From an uncultured Gemmatimonadaceae bacterium (GTDB lineage: Bacteria > Gemmatimonadota > Gemmatimonadetes > Gemmatimonadales > Gemmatimonadaceae): a DNA stretch of 64,000 nt. How positions within the stretch are numbered: the first letter of the stretch is position 1; every line of letters starts with the position of its first letter. The position numbers and the translations under genes were made by a program. The notes beneath the pieces are model-generated. The model ran no database searches and was not told where the DNA came from. It saw only the letters and a list, made by a program, of their open reading frames with translations. Shown here piece after piece: positions 19,885 through 30,659 of this stretch. Where the stretch lies: the NCBI GenBank assembly GCA_963843845.1, contig CAWJMB010000002.1, forward strand, positions 256,001 to 320,000, read 5' to 3'.

Positions 19885-20811
19885 ATGCGCGACGTACTGC
19901 GACTTTCTGGCGTGATCGGGGCGGCCGGCGCCTTCTCGCTCGCTGCCTGCGCGAGCTCTCCGCGTGCCGCCGACGAGCACGGCGACCACGCGACGTCCGC
20001 CTCGCCGAACGCATCGGGCTCGTCGGCGCAGGTGTCGTCGCAGCGCGCAGCGCTCCCCGCCGACGCCGGCGCCGCCGCCGCGCGGCTCGCCGCGTCGACG
20101 CGCCACGGCGAGTGGGTCATGATCAGGAGCGGGAGCCGCGACTCGGTGCGCGCCTGGGTCGTGTATCCGGAGCGCAAGACGAAGGCACCGGTCGTCGTCG
20201 TCATCCACGAGATCTTCGGGATGCAGGACTGGGTGCGCGCCGTCGCCGACCAGCTCGCGGCCGACGGCTTCATCGCGATCGCCCCCGACCTGCTGACCGG
20301 CAAGGAGACCGAGAGCGGCTGGAACGGCACATCGGCGGCGCAGGACAAGGCGCGCGCCGTCATCGGGCAGCTCGACCCGGCCGTCACGCAGCAGCGGATC
20401 ACGGCGGTCGCGAACTACGGCATGGCGCTCCCCGCGGCGACGAAGAAGTACGGCGTCGTCGGCTACTGCTGGGGGGGCTCGACGTCGTTCGCGCACGCCG
20501 TCGCCGCGCCGGACGCAGACGCCGCGGTCGTCTATTACGGCTCCGCGCCGACGCCGTACACGCAGCTCGCGTCGATCAGGGCGCCGGTCCTCGGCCTCTA
20601 CGGCGGCAACGACGCGCGCATCGGCGCGACGATCCCGGCAACCGATTCGACGATGAAAGCGTTGGGCAAGTCATACACGCCGATCACGTTCGCCGGCGCC
20701 GGCCACGGCTTCCTTCGTCAGCAGAGCGACTCGAGCGGCGCGAACATGGCCGCGACGCGCGACGCCTGGCCGCGCACGATCGCGTTCTTCCGTCAGCACC
20801 TCGGGAACTGA
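19885..20811 (+). CDS. Dienelactone hydrolase family lipoprotein
   Basis: 'IHEIFG', nucleophile 'GYCWGG', 'AGHGF'. Confidence 0.92.
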   Translation: MRDVLRLSGVIGAAGAFSLAACASSPRAADEHGDHATSASPNASGSSAQVSSQRAALPADAGAAAARLAASTRHGEWVMIRSGSRDSVRAWVVYPERKTKAPVVVVIHEIFGMQDWVRAVADQLAADGFIAIAPDLLTGKETESGWNGTSAAQDKARAVIGQLDPAVTQQRITAVANYGMALPAATKKYGVVGYCWGGSTSFAHAVAAPDADAAVVYYGSAPTPYTQLASIRAPVLGLYGGNDARIGATIPATDSTMKALGKSYTPITFAGAGHGFLRQQSDSSGANMAATRDAWPRTIAFFRQHLGN

Positions 20812-20829
20812 TTTTCTCGACCGTCGTAG

Positions 20830-21414
20830 ATGTCCGCTCTCTTCGTCGCCGCGTTCGCCGTCGGGCTCGTGCTCGCCGTCCATGTCATGCTCCACGGCGT
20901 CGAGCGCCGCGGCGCGCCGAGCCAGCGCGTGCCGCACGAGGCGACGGGGGCGTATGACCCGGCCACCGAGCCGTCGGCCACGCTGAATGCGCAGAACGCC
21001 GCGGCGTTCGTCACCGCGTTCGGCGCCTGCGGCTATCTGCTGATGCGTCTCACCGCGTTCGGTCCCGGTGCGGTCGTCGCGATCGCCGCCGTCACGGGCG
21101 TCGCGGTCGCCGTCGGCTCGGCGTCGCTGCTCGCGGCGTGGGTCATTCCCGGCGCGCGCAACGAGCCGGTCGACGAACGCTATCTGTTGCAGGGGCACCC
21201 GGCGCGCGTCACGCGACCGATCGGACCTGGCGGCGGATCGGTCGGCGACGCGGTCGGCGAGATCGTCTACGTCGCCGACGGCCGCCAGTACACCGTGGCC
21301 GCGCGCAGTTGGGACGGTGCCCCGATCGACGACGGCGCCGACGTCGCGATCGAGCGCGTGGAGGGAGGCGTCGCGTACGTCGAGCGGTGGGCGCAGGTCG
21401 AGGCGCGACTGTAG
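20830..21414 (+). CDS. NfeD/YqiJ-like membrane protein with C-terminal OB fold
   Basis: 3 TM then 'G..ARVTRPI...GEI....G....ARS.DG.PI..G..V.IERVEGG.AYV'. Confidence 0.7.
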   Translation: MSALFVAAFAVGLVLAVHVMLHGVERRGAPSQRVPHEATGAYDPATEPSATLNAQNAAAFVTAFGACGYLLMRLTAFGPGAVVAIAAVTGVAVAVGSASLLAAWVIPGARNEPVDERYLLQGHPARVTRPIGPGGGSVGDAVGEIVYVADGRQYTVAARSWDGAPIDDGADVAIERVEGGVAYVERWAQVEARL

Positions 21415-21475
21415 GACTGTAGCATCGTCAGGGAGCCGTCAGGCGGGGCAGCGGGCAGTCGGGGAGGAGGACATC

Positions 21476-21754
21476 ATGTCGGACGCGACGATCTTCGTGC
21501 TGGTCTTCGGAGGACTCTTCGTTCTCCGCATCGTGCTCGCGACCGTCTTCTTCCTCTGCATCCTCCCCGACGGCGACCGCTGCATCAACTGCGACGCGCC
21601 GACGCTGCGCGTGCAGCACACGTTCTGGCACCGCTGGGTGCCGTGGTTCCGGCCGAGCTGGTGCTTTCAGTGCGGATGGCACGGGCTGCTGCGCAGCGGG
21701 CCGATCACCGAGGTCGACACGACCGTTCGGCGGCGCGAGAAACAGAGAAGGTGA
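21476..21754 (+). CDS. Small membrane protein with a Zn-ribbon-like CxxC...CxxC
   Basis: RBS ggagg; N-terminal TM; 'CINC' and 'CFQCGW'. Confidence 0.7.
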   Translation: MSDATIFVLVFGGLFVLRIVLATVFFLCILPDGDRCINCDAPTLRVQHTFWHRWVPWFRPSWCFQCGWHGLLRSGPITEVDTTVRRREKQRR

Positions 21755-21757
21755 ACC

Positions 21758-21779
21758 GGCCGGGACCCGAGTCCCGGCC
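21758..21779. terminator. Hairpin between convergent genes
   Basis: ggccgggac-ccga-gtcccggcc. Confidence 0.55.
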
Positions 21780-21784
21780 ATTCC

Positions 21785-24700
21785 TCACGGCACGATCGCC
21801 GGCTTCGGCTCCGTCGCCACCGAGTCCGCCGCCGACCGCAGCCGCAGGTGCTCTGCCATCTGCAGCCGCGGAATGCCGCTCTTCATCCAGTCCGGCGCCG
21901 GCGCGCCCTTCAGGTACGCGTCGAACCACTCGCGCATCCGCCCCGCGTAGTCCTTCTGGTTGATCGGCCGCGCGAGCCCGTGGTTCTCGCCGACGTACTC
22001 GAGCAGGATCACGTCCTTGCCGAGCTGCCGCAGCGTGTTGTAGTACGTGATCCCCTGGTTGAAGTCGACCGCGCCGTCCTTGTCGTTGTGCAGGATGATG
22101 AGCGGCGTCTTCACCTTCTCCGCGTGGAAGACCGGCGAGTTGCGGACGTACGCCTCGGTGTTCTCGGCGACGTTGCCCTTGAACCGCCCCTGGCTCGATT
22201 CGAAGATCGCCTGGTTCGCCCCGCCCGTGTTCCAGTAGATCGAGCTGTACATGCTCACCATGTCGGTGAGCGGCGCGCCGGCGATCGCGCTCTTGAAGAT
22301 GTTCGTCTGCGTGACGAGGAACGCCGTCTGGTAGCCGCCCCACGAGTGGCCCCACAGTCCGACGTTCGCCGAGTCGACGACGCCGGTGGCGATCGCCGCC
22401 TTCACCGCCGGAACGACGCACCACACCGCCGACATGCCGGGGTCGTTGACCTTGTAGACGATGTCCGGGTCGAGCACCGCGTAGCCGCGGCTCGTGTACA
22501 GGCTGCGGTTCGGCGTGCTCGTCTCGTTCGGCGTCACGAACGTGTTCGCGAGCTGCGAGCGCTTCTCGTAGATCGTGACGAGCATCGGATACTTCTTGCC
22601 GGGCTCGTAGTTCGCTGGCAGGTACAGCGCGCCCTGCAGCGAGTCGCCCTTCTCGGTCACGTAGTCGACGAGCCGCACGCCCCGGCGACCACGCGAACGA
22701 CGCGAGCTCCGGGTTCGCCATCGTCAGCCGCCGCGGCGCCGCGAAGTCGGCGCGTGCCGTCCAGTAGTCGGGCGCCTCGGTCGACGACTGCCGCGTGTAG
22801 ACGAACACGTCGGCGCTTCGCGCCCGCTGCACGGCGAACGACGCGTCGTCCCACAGCAGCGCCGTCGCGCCCCCGCGCCCGCTCGCCGCGACGCGCGCGA
22901 GCCCGCCCTTCTTCGTCCACTCGCCGTAGGTCGCGAAGTAGAGCGGCTTCTTCAGGTCGATCCCCTGCGTCGCCGCGCTCGCCGCACGCCGCGCCCCCGA
23001 CGGCACGTCGAAGGTGTACAGGCGCTGATAGCGAATCCGCTTCGCCCGACCGTCGCCGGTGACGTTCGTCGCCGCGCCCCCTTTCACCGGCACGAGCCAC
23101 GCGTCCCACCCGTCCGACAGCAGCACCGCGCTCCCGTCCCGACTCCACCCGAACGCGGTCTCGGCGGGCGGATACAGGTTGTTGTGGTCGTCTTCGGTGT
23201 CCGCGAACGTCGTCGCGACGCCCTGCGTGATGTTGCGATTGGCGCCGGTCGCGGCGTCGAGCACGTGCCAGTGGCCGTCGGCTCCCCAGTACAGGGCCTG
23301 CGTGCCGTCCGGCGACGGCAGCATGAGCGACGACGCCTGCTTCTTGATCGCCGCCGTGCGCGCGCCCGTCTTCAGGTCGACGACGTAGACGTCCGAGTAG
23401 TTGCGGCCGCTGTAGCTCCCCGCCTGCTGATAGTCCCGAATGTCGGTGCCCAACGCGTACCGTTCGCGCGGCAGGATCGTCACGGCGCGCAGCGCGTCGT
23501 CGGCCAGCCGGATGAACGTGTTCTCGGCCGGCCGGTATTCGGCGAGGTAGCTGTAGGCGCGGTCCTGCTGCTCCTGGACGATCTGCATCGACTGCAGGCG
23601 CGGGTCCTTCCAGTGCCACAGAATGAGCGACGGCGCCGAGTCGTCTTCGGCGACGCGCGGCTGATTGACGGTGCCCCCCATGCCGGGGGCGCCCGCCTGA
23701 ATCAGCGACGACGCGCGACGCGGCGTTGCCTCACGGATGCCGAAGAACACGGCCGAGAGGTCGCTCGCGAGACGCGGCGCGCGGTCGCCGGCGATGCGCA
23801 TGCCGGCCGGGAAGTCGGCGCGGCCCTTCGGGTCGAACACCATCTTCCTGGTCGCCGGCGTGCCGATCGCGGTGATCGACACGACGCTGAACGCCGTGTC
23901 GCGCGCCGTCGAATCCACGCGGCCGCGCAGCACGGCGAGCGCCGGCAGGCTGTCCGACCAGGCGAGCCGGCGGTACAGGGCCCGCTCGCTGTCGAGTGCG
24001 CGCACGACGCCGCTCGTCATGTCGCGCAGCTGCACGCCGTTCCCGAGCTGGTCGCGCGCGTCGATCGTGTACGCGAGCCATCGTCCGCCGTCGTCGAACT
24101 CCCACTCCGCGACGTTGCCGACGTTGACGGTCTCCGCGCCGCCGAGCGATCCGTTCGGCGGCGAGCCGCCGGCGCCCAACGCGACGAGGAGCAGGTCCGT
24201 CCCGTCGACGCGCGCGGGCGGCGGGGCGCCGCCCGCGCTCTGTGCCCCGCCGGGCGCCGCGTCCGCCGGCGCGCTCTGCAGCGCGAGCCACGTCGCGTTG
24301 TCGCCGTTGAAGGCGAAGCGGCGGATGCGGTCGAACTCGCGCCGCTCGCCTGTCGCGGTGTTCACGAGCACCGCCTTCGTCGTCGTCGGGCGACGGGCCG
24401 CGCGCGCGCGGCGCGCCTCCGCCTGCGTCGGGTAGACCATGAACGCGAGCCACCGCCCGTCGCCCGAGAGCGCGAGCTGCGTCTGCGCGGCGCCGGGGAC
24501 CGCGGCGATCCCCTGTCCGCCACCCCCTCCGGCCGGCGGCGCGCTCCCGATCGGGAAGCGCGTCTCCTTCAGCGTGTCGACCGTCGAGCGGAGCACGACC
24601 GACGCGTCGCCGTCGTTCGGCGCGAGCACGTACGCGAACCACCGCCCGTCATTCGACAGCGCGGTCGAGCGGATCGTGCGCCACGCCTTGAGGTCGGCCG

Positions 24701-24815
24701 TCGTCATCTGACGGCCGCCGGTGCGCGCGCGCGGTTGTGCGGCGAGAGCGGTGGTGAAGGCGGCGCCGAGCAGGAGTGCGGCGCCGAGCTGGGTCAGACG
24801 GTGCGGTGTGCGCAT
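21785..24815 (-). CDS. Secreted S9 (prolyl oligopeptidase/dipeptidyl aminopeptidase-like) peptidase, frameshift near 22680
   Basis: Signal peptide, beta-propeller, 'GHSWGGY', 'HNDKDGAV', 'GENHG'; the catalytic domain is in a different frame after a C-run. Confidence 0.9.
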
Positions 24816-24841
24816 GTGCGACGAGGAGGGGGACGAAGGAG

Positions 24842-25132
24842 CTAGCTGCCTAACGCGAGCAGCCGCAGCCACGTTGGCCAGTTGCCGCTCAGCTCGAAGA
24901 AGTCGTCGAAGTACACGAGGCCGATCGCTTCCAGCTCGGCCAGCAGTTCGTCGAGCGCGGTCTCGCCGACGAGCGGCCCGATCACGACGAGCGGTCCGTC
25001 GACGCGGAACTCGTCGGCCGTGAGGTTCAGGCGCGCGTCGAGCTGCGCGCGCGAGAGGCCGACACGCTCGAACGCGTCGCGCCGGATGATCAACGTCGGA
25101 TTCCCTGCGGCAATGTCGAGCGGCATGCGCAC
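24842..25132 (-). CDS. Hypothetical protein (about 95 aa, acidic)
   Basis: Globular composition, 'LVYFDDFFELSGNWP'; same strand as the S9 gene. Confidence 0.65.
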   Translation of the reverse strand: MRMPLDIAAGNPTLIIRRDAFERVGLSRAQLDARLNLTADEFRVDGPLVVIGPLVGETALDELLAELEAIGLVYFDDFFELSGNWPTWLRLLALGS

Positions 25133-25181
25133 TTCCTCGGGTCACTCGGAATGAGGGATCGGAAAGGTGTAACTTCTGTCA

Positions 25182-27098
25182 ATGTCTACGCTGGAAGCTG
25201 AATTCGACGTCCTCGTCGTCGGCGGCGGACACGCCGGCACCGAAGCCGCCGTCGCCGCCGCCCGACTCGGCGCCACCGTCGCGCTGGTGACGAGCGCGCT
25301 CGAAACGATCGGCCAGATGTCGTGCAACCCGGCGATCGGCGGCGTCGCGAAGGGGACCGTCGTGCGCGAGGTCGACGCGCTGGGGGGCATCATGGGGCGT
25401 GCGACCGACGCGGCGACGCTGCAGTTCCGCATGCTGAATCGCGGCAAGGGGCCCGCCGTCTGGGCACCGCGCGCGCAGTGCGACCGCGGACTGTACCGCC
25501 GCGCCGTGCGGACAGAGCTGGAGCGACATCCGACGCTGCTCACGATCCAGGGCACCGTCGCCCGCCTGCTGCTCGCCGACGACGGGCGCCGCGCGGTCGG
25601 CATCGAGACGCTCGAGGGACGGCGCTTCGGCGCTCGCGCCGTCGTCATCACGACCGGCACCTTCCTCCGCGGCCGCATCCACATCGGCACGACGACGCAG
25701 ATCGGCGGCGGCCGCGCCGGCGAAGCCCCGACGACCCACCTCGCCGAGCAACTCGAGTCCGTCGGCCTCACCGTCGGCCGCTTCAAGACCGGCACCCCGC
25801 CGCGCATCGACGGCCGCAGCGTCGACGTCGCCCGCCTGGAGCGACAGGATACTGAGCTGGCGCAGTTCGGGTATCGGTGGTCGCACTTCGATGGCCGATC
25901 CCCGATCCCCGACAGTCTGCCCCAGCTCCCCTGCTGGATCACGTACCTCGAGGACTCGGGCAAGCAGATCATCGCCGACCACATCGGGGAGTCGGCGATG
26001 TACGGTGGCGCGATCGCGTCGCGCGGCCCGCGATACTGCCCGTCGGTCGAGGACAAGATCGTGAAGTTCCCGGACGCGGTCCGGCACCAGCTCTTTCTCG
26101 AGCCCGAGGGGCTGGAGACGCACGAGCTGTACGTGAACGGCCTGTCGACGTCGCTTCCGGCGCCTGTGCAGCTTCGCATGTTGCAGAGCGTTCGAGGGCT
26201 CGAGCAGGTGCGGATGACGCGCGCCGGCTACGCCATCGAGTACGACTACTACCCGCCGACGCAGCTCGACCTGACGCTCCAGGTGCGCGCGCTGCCTGGC
26301 CTGTATTTCGCCGGGCAGATCAACGGCACGACCGGCTACGAGGAGGCGGCAGGGCAGGGCGTGCTCGCCGGCCTGAACGCTGCCCTCGCCGCGCTCGACC
26401 GCCCGCCGCTCATCCTCGGTCGCGAGACGTCGTACCTCGGCGTGCTGGTGGACGACATCGTGTCGCGCGGCGTCGACGAGCCGTACCGACTGTTCACGTC
26501 GCGCTCGGAGTTCCGGCTGACCGTTCGCCAGGACAACGCGCTCCGTCGCCTGAGCTCGGTCGCGGAGGATTTGGGGCTGTATCACGACGCAGAGCGATCA
26601 CAGGTGCGTCATCGACTGGACAAAGAGCAGGCAGTGATGCGCCAGTCAGAGGACATCACAGTCTATCCGGCTCAGGTCGACGACATCGTGGTCCGCGGTG
26701 GAACCTCGCCGCTGACCCAACCCGTCCGCATCGCCGAACTCGTTCGGCGCCAGGGAGTCGGGTTGCGCGACGTGTTCACGGCCGCGGGGATTCCGTTCGA
26801 CGATGACGAATCGCTCGTGACTGCCGAGCTCGAGCTCAAGTACGCCGGGTACTACGTCCGCGAACGGCAGGCGGCGGACCGGCTGCGTCGAATGGGGGGC
26901 TTCGCGCTCGCGCCCGAGCTTCCATACGACGCCATGCGCTCGCTCACGATCGAGGCGCGCCAGAAGCTCGCCGCGCAGCGCCCGATGACGCTCGCGCAGG
27001 CCGGTCGCATTCCTGGCGTGACCCCGTCGGATCTGCAGAACCTCGTCGTCGAGGTCGAGCGTTGGCGTCGCGGGCGGCAGTCGGCGATCGTCGCGTAG
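25182..27098 (+). CDS. mnmG: tRNA uridine 5-carboxymethylaminomethyl modification enzyme MnmG/GidA
   Basis: 'VVGGGHAG.EAA', 'MSCNPAIGG', 'RFKTGTPPR', 'GPRYCPSVEDK', 'AGQINGTTGYEEAA'. Confidence 0.98.
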   Translation: MSTLEAEFDVLVVGGGHAGTEAAVAAARLGATVALVTSALETIGQMSCNPAIGGVAKGTVVREVDALGGIMGRATDAATLQFRMLNRGKGPAVWAPRAQCDRGLYRRAVRTELERHPTLLTIQGTVARLLLADDGRRAVGIETLEGRRFGARAVVITTGTFLRGRIHIGTTTQIGGGRAGEAPTTHLAEQLESVGLTVGRFKTGTPPRIDGRSVDVARLERQDTELAQFGYRWSHFDGRSPIPDSLPQLPCWITYLEDSGKQIIADHIGESAMYGGAIASRGPRYCPSVEDKIVKFPDAVRHQLFLEPEGLETHELYVNGLSTSLPAPVQLRMLQSVRGLEQVRMTRAGYAIEYDYYPPTQLDLTLQVRALPGLYFAGQINGTTGYEEAAGQGVLAGLNAALAALDRPPLILGRETSYLGVLVDDIVSRGVDEPYRLFTSRSEFRLTVRQDNALRRLSSVAEDLGLYHDAERSQVRHRLDKEQAVMRQSEDITVYPAQVDDIVVRGGTSPLTQPVRIAELVRRQGVGLRDVFTAAGIPFDDDESLVTAELELKYAGYYVRERQAADRLRRMGGFALAPELPYDAMRSLTIEARQKLAAQRPMTLAQAGRIPGVTPSDLQNLVVEVERWRRGRQSAIVA

Positions 27099-27250
27099 CG
27101 ATCGTCGTCGTCGCTCGCGTCGCTGGAAGGGCCAGGGTCTGCTTCTGGATGGGCCGAGTTGTGCAAGGTCGGGAGTGGCCGACGTCAGAGGAGAGGAGGC
27201 GGCATCGTCGCGCGCCTTCGTGCCCCACACCTCCATCCGGAACGACTCTC

Positions 27251-27982
27251 ATGCGTCTACTCTCGTCAGTCCTCGCCCTCGCGCTCGTTGCGCCCGCCCT
27301 TCGCGCGCAGATCGCTGTCCCGGCGCAGACACTCATCAATCCGCCGGCGATCGCGGTCAGTGCTACCGGCGAGGCGGAGGTCCGGCCTGATCGGGCACGT
27401 GTCTCGATCGGTGTCCAGACCCAGGCCCCGACCGCCGCCGAGGCGGCGAGTCGGAATGCGACGTTACAGCAGGCGGTCATCAACGCGGTGAAGGCCACCG
27501 GCATCGCCGCAGAGCGGATCACGACCTCGGGCTACAACGTCTACCCGGAGCAGGTCTACGACAACACCACGCGTCGGTCGCGGATCACCGGCTACAACGT
27601 GCAGAACACCGTGATGGTCGACGTGTGGCAGGTCGAGAAGGTCGGTGCCGTGCTCGACGCGGCCCTGTCGAAGGGTGCGAACCTCGTGTCGTCGTTCTCC
27701 CTCTACTCGTCCGAGGAAGAGTCTGCGCGCCGGCGGGCGCTCTCGAATGCCGTGAGCCGTGCCCGTGCGGACGCCGAGGCGATGGCACAGGCGGCGGGCG
27801 GGTCGCTCGGCGAGCTGCTCGAGCTGTCGTCGGCGTTCACGGAAGTGCCCCGCCCCATGCGCATGTACGACATGGCGGCGGCGAAGGTCGCATCGGCTGA
27901 GGCGACGCCGGTCAGCGAGGGTACACAGACTGTCTCCGCGCAGGTCTCGGCGCGCTGGCGCTACGTGCCGTCAGGACGGTAG
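27251..27982 (+). CDS. SIMPL/DUF541 (BP26/YggE-like) periplasmic protein
   Basis: Signal peptide; 'I.VSATGEAEVRPDRA', 'I.TSGYNVYP', 'A...AR..AEA.A.AAG..LG'. Confidence 0.9.
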   Translation: MRLLSSVLALALVAPALRAQIAVPAQTLINPPAIAVSATGEAEVRPDRARVSIGVQTQAPTAAEAASRNATLQQAVINAVKATGIAAERITTSGYNVYPEQVYDNTTRRSRITGYNVQNTVMVDVWQVEKVGAVLDAALSKGANLVSSFSLYSSEEESARRRALSNAVSRARADAEAMAQAAGGSLGELLELSSAFTEVPRPMRMYDMAAAKVASAEATPVSEGTQTVSAQVSARWRYVPSGR

Positions 27983-28065
27983 CCGGCCGAACGCTCCCGG
28001 TCGGCACCGGGGTGGCGCAGTCGAGCGGGCGGGGGCACGAGCCTCCGCCCGCTCTCGTCGTGGTA

Positions 28066-28081
28066 GGTTTCACGTGAAACG
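28066..28081. promoter_or_regulatory. parS site 1
   Basis: gGTTTCACGTGAAACg, a perfect 14-bp core of the parS palindrome TGTTTCACGTGAAACA. Confidence 0.92.
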
Positions 28082-28112
28082 ACACGCAGGAGCGTCGATT
28101 GGTGTGCGATAC

Positions 28113-28128
28113 GATTCCACGTGAAACG
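28113..28128. promoter_or_regulatory. parS site 2 (degenerate)
   Basis: gaTTCCACGTGAAACg. Confidence 0.75.
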
Positions 28129-28266
28129 CTTTGATACGCGTCCCTTCCGGACCGGGCTATCTTTGCGTGTCCGCTCGTGGCGCCACGAGCGACATCTCGC
28201 ATCCCGGAACATCGTCGTGACCGCCGCCCACCAGCACGCGCGCTGCCCGCACGCAGGACGACTCGC

Positions 28267-29121
28267 GTGACGCGCGTCCTCGCCGTCGCGAATCAGAAAG
28301 GAGGCGTCGGCAAGACGACGTCGGCCGTGAACCTGGCTGCGAGCCTCGCGGTGGCCGAGCAGCGCACGCTGTTGATCGACAGCGACCCGCAGGGGAACGC
28401 GACGAGCGGCATCGGGATCGCGCGCGACGCCGTCGGCGTGACGCTGTACGACGTGCTGATCGGCGAGACGACACTCGCCGAAGCCACACACCGCGGCGTG
28501 CAGTTCCGGCACCTCGACGTCGTGCCGGCGACGCCCGATCTCGCGGGCGCCGAGGTAGAGCTCATCGATCGCGAGCGGCGCGTGGAGGCGATGCGAGAAG
28601 CGATCGCGACGGTGCGCGACCAGTACGACTACATCCTCATCGACTGTCCGCCGTCGCTCGGACTGATCACGGTGAACATGCTCGCCGCCGCCGATGCCCT
28701 GCTCATTCCACTCCAGTGTGAGTACTACGCCCTCGAGGGGCTGTCGCAGCTGCTGAACACCGTGCACCTCGTGCAGCAGGGCGTGAACCCGACGCTCTCG
28801 ATCGCCGGCGTGCTGCTGACGATGTACGACGCCCGGCTCAACCTGTCGCGCCAGGTCGCGACCGACGCCCGCGAGTACTTCGGCGCCAAAGTGTTCACCA
28901 CGATCGTTCCGCGGAACGTGCGCCTTGCCGAAGCGCCGAGTTTCGGGAAGCCGATCATCCTGTACGACGTGACGTCGGTCGGCGCCCAGGCATACATGAA
29001 CGTCGCCCGGGAGCTGCTCGAGCGCTCCGCGAGCGAAGGACGGCCGACCGTGACTCCAGGAGCGATCCCCGGAGCGCACGAGACCTCGCAGGTGACTGCG
29101 GCGACGGTCACCCCCGCGTGA
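28267..29121 (+). CDS. parA: Chromosome partitioning ATPase ParA/Soj
   Basis: 'ANQKGGVGKTT', 'DSDPQGNATS', 'IDCPPSLG', 'QCEYYALEGL', 'PRNVRLAEAPSFG'. Confidence 0.97.
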   Translation: MTRVLAVANQKGGVGKTTSAVNLAASLAVAEQRTLLIDSDPQGNATSGIGIARDAVGVTLYDVLIGETTLAEATHRGVQFRHLDVVPATPDLAGAEVELIDRERRVEAMREAIATVRDQYDYILIDCPPSLGLITVNMLAAADALLIPLQCEYYALEGLSQLLNTVHLVQQGVNPTLSIAGVLLTMYDARLNLSRQVATDAREYFGAKVFTTIVPRNVRLAEAPSFGKPIILYDVTSVGAQAYMNVARELLERSASEGRPTVTPGAIPGAHETSQVTAATVTPA

Positions 29122-29627
29122 GCGAGCCTCGACACACAGCTCCGGACGCACCCACGGAGCGGTCGAACGATCGGGCAGCGCCGCGCACGCACGCGACACA
29201 GACGGCGCTCGTCACCCGCCGAGGCGTATTGCCGACGATTGCCGTCGGCGCGATCATCGGCGCGGTCGTCGGCGTCGCGATTGACCGACGCGCCACGACG
29301 GCCGACCCGACCTTCGCCGGCGCGATCGGCGCCGGAATCGGTGCAGTGCTGGGCCGATCGGCATGGATCCGGATCGGGGTCGCGCGGCGCTACGGCATCC
29401 CTGCCGCGGCCATGCTCGGCGTCGTGTTCGGCCGGATACTCGGCTGCGTCCTGCTCGGCTACGGCATCATCCGGACATCACCACAGCGGTTCGCCTTCAT
29501 CGGAGTCGGCGCCATACTGCTCATCGCGACCGCGATCGTCGAACAACGCTGGCTCCGGCGACGGACCGCCGAGGGCGGCGCCATGAGCACGGCCGGTGAC
29601 ACCGCGCGCCCGCGCGAACGCACCTAG
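29118..29627 (+). CDS. Hypothetical 4-TM membrane protein between parA and parB
   Basis: GTGA overlap with the parA stop; Gly-rich hydrophobic segments. Confidence 0.6.
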   Translation: MSEPRHTAPDAPTERSNDRAAPRTHATQTALVTRRGVLPTIAVGAIIGAVVGVAIDRRATTADPTFAGAIGAGIGAVLGRSAWIRIGVARRYGIPAAAMLGVVFGRILGCVLLGYGIIRTSPQRFAFIGVGAILLIATAIVEQRWLRRRTAEGGAMSTAGDTARPRERT

Positions 29628-29648
29628 CGCCATCCCGACCGCTTCACC

Positions 29649-30557
29649 ATGCCCCCTGACAAACCCCGCCGCCTCGGCCGAGGGCTCGAAGCGCTGCTGG
29701 CAACGAGAGCACCCACGGGCGAGAGCGCGGCGACGACCGAGACGAGCGCGCTGCGACAGATCGCGGTCGGTCACATCCGCCCGAATCCGTACCAGCCGCG
29801 CCAGGAGTTCCGCGCGGAAGAGCTGGCCGACCTCGAAGCGAGCATCAAGGCGACCGGACTTCTGCAGCCGATCACGGTCCGCTCCGTTCCTGGTGGGACT
29901 GGATACGAGCTCATCGCCGGGGAGCGCCGCTATCGTGCCGCCACGCGACTCGGCTGGACCGAGATTCCGGCGATCGTCAGAGAGATCGACGACCAGACAC
30001 TGCTCACGCTCGCGCTCGTCGAGAACCTGCAGCGCGCCGATCTCAACGCCATCGAGGAGGCCGAAGGGTATCAGCGACTCGTCAGCGAGTTCGGATTGAC
30101 GCACCAGCAGGTCGCCGACGTCGTCGGGAAGGACCGGTCGACGGTCAACAACATGCTCCGGTTGCTCGCGCTCCCGGCCAGCGTTCGGCGGATGGTACAG
30201 GACGGTCAGCTCACACACGGCCACGCACGCGCCCTGCTCGGGCTCGGTGGCGAGCGCGCGATGACCGACCTCGCGCGCGAGGTCGTGGGTGGGGAGCTGT
30301 CGGTCCGCGAGGTGGAGCGACGAGTACGAAACTCTGCGGAACGGGTCGCCGGTCGGGAGCGTACACGGCGGAGCAAGGACGATTCGCCCTTCCGAACGGC
30401 GGAGGTGCGGCGGATCGAGGACGACTTACGGCGCCGCCTCCAGACGGACGTCACCATCGAGGTGACGGACACGCAGCGGGGGGAGATCCGCGTCGCATTC
30501 TACAGCGCGGACGATTTCGGTCGCGTCGTCGATGCACTCGGCGTCCGTACCGAGTGA
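29649..30557 (+). CDS. parB: Chromosome partitioning protein ParB/Spo0J
   Basis: 'LGRGLEALL', 'PNPYQPR', 'IAGERRYRAA', 'ENLQRADLN.IEEA', HTH. Confidence 0.97.
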   Translation: MPPDKPRRLGRGLEALLATRAPTGESAATTETSALRQIAVGHIRPNPYQPRQEFRAEELADLEASIKATGLLQPITVRSVPGGTGYELIAGERRYRAATRLGWTEIPAIVREIDDQTLLTLALVENLQRADLNAIEEAEGYQRLVSEFGLTHQQVADVVGKDRSTVNNMLRLLALPASVRRMVQDGQLTHGHARALLGLGGERAMTDLAREVVGGELSVREVERRVRNSAERVAGRERTRRSKDDSPFRTAEVRRIEDDLRRRLQTDVTIEVTDTQRGEIRVAFYSADDFGRVVDALGVRTE

Positions 30558-30573
30558 GGCGGTCGCCGGGAAG

Positions 30574-30659
30574 TTGTCAACATCGGTTAAGTTATTGTAG
30601 CACAACGACTTACAGTGATATGATCATGCTCGATCGAAGGTTGTCCACAGTTGTCCACA
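30574..30659. promoter_or_regulatory. AT-richer patch with DnaA-box-like 9-mers and an inverted repeat
   Basis: TTGTCCACA at 30641-30649 and 30651-30659; TTGTCAACA at 30574-30582; taagttattgt-agc-acaacgactta at 30588-30612. Confidence 0.5.
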
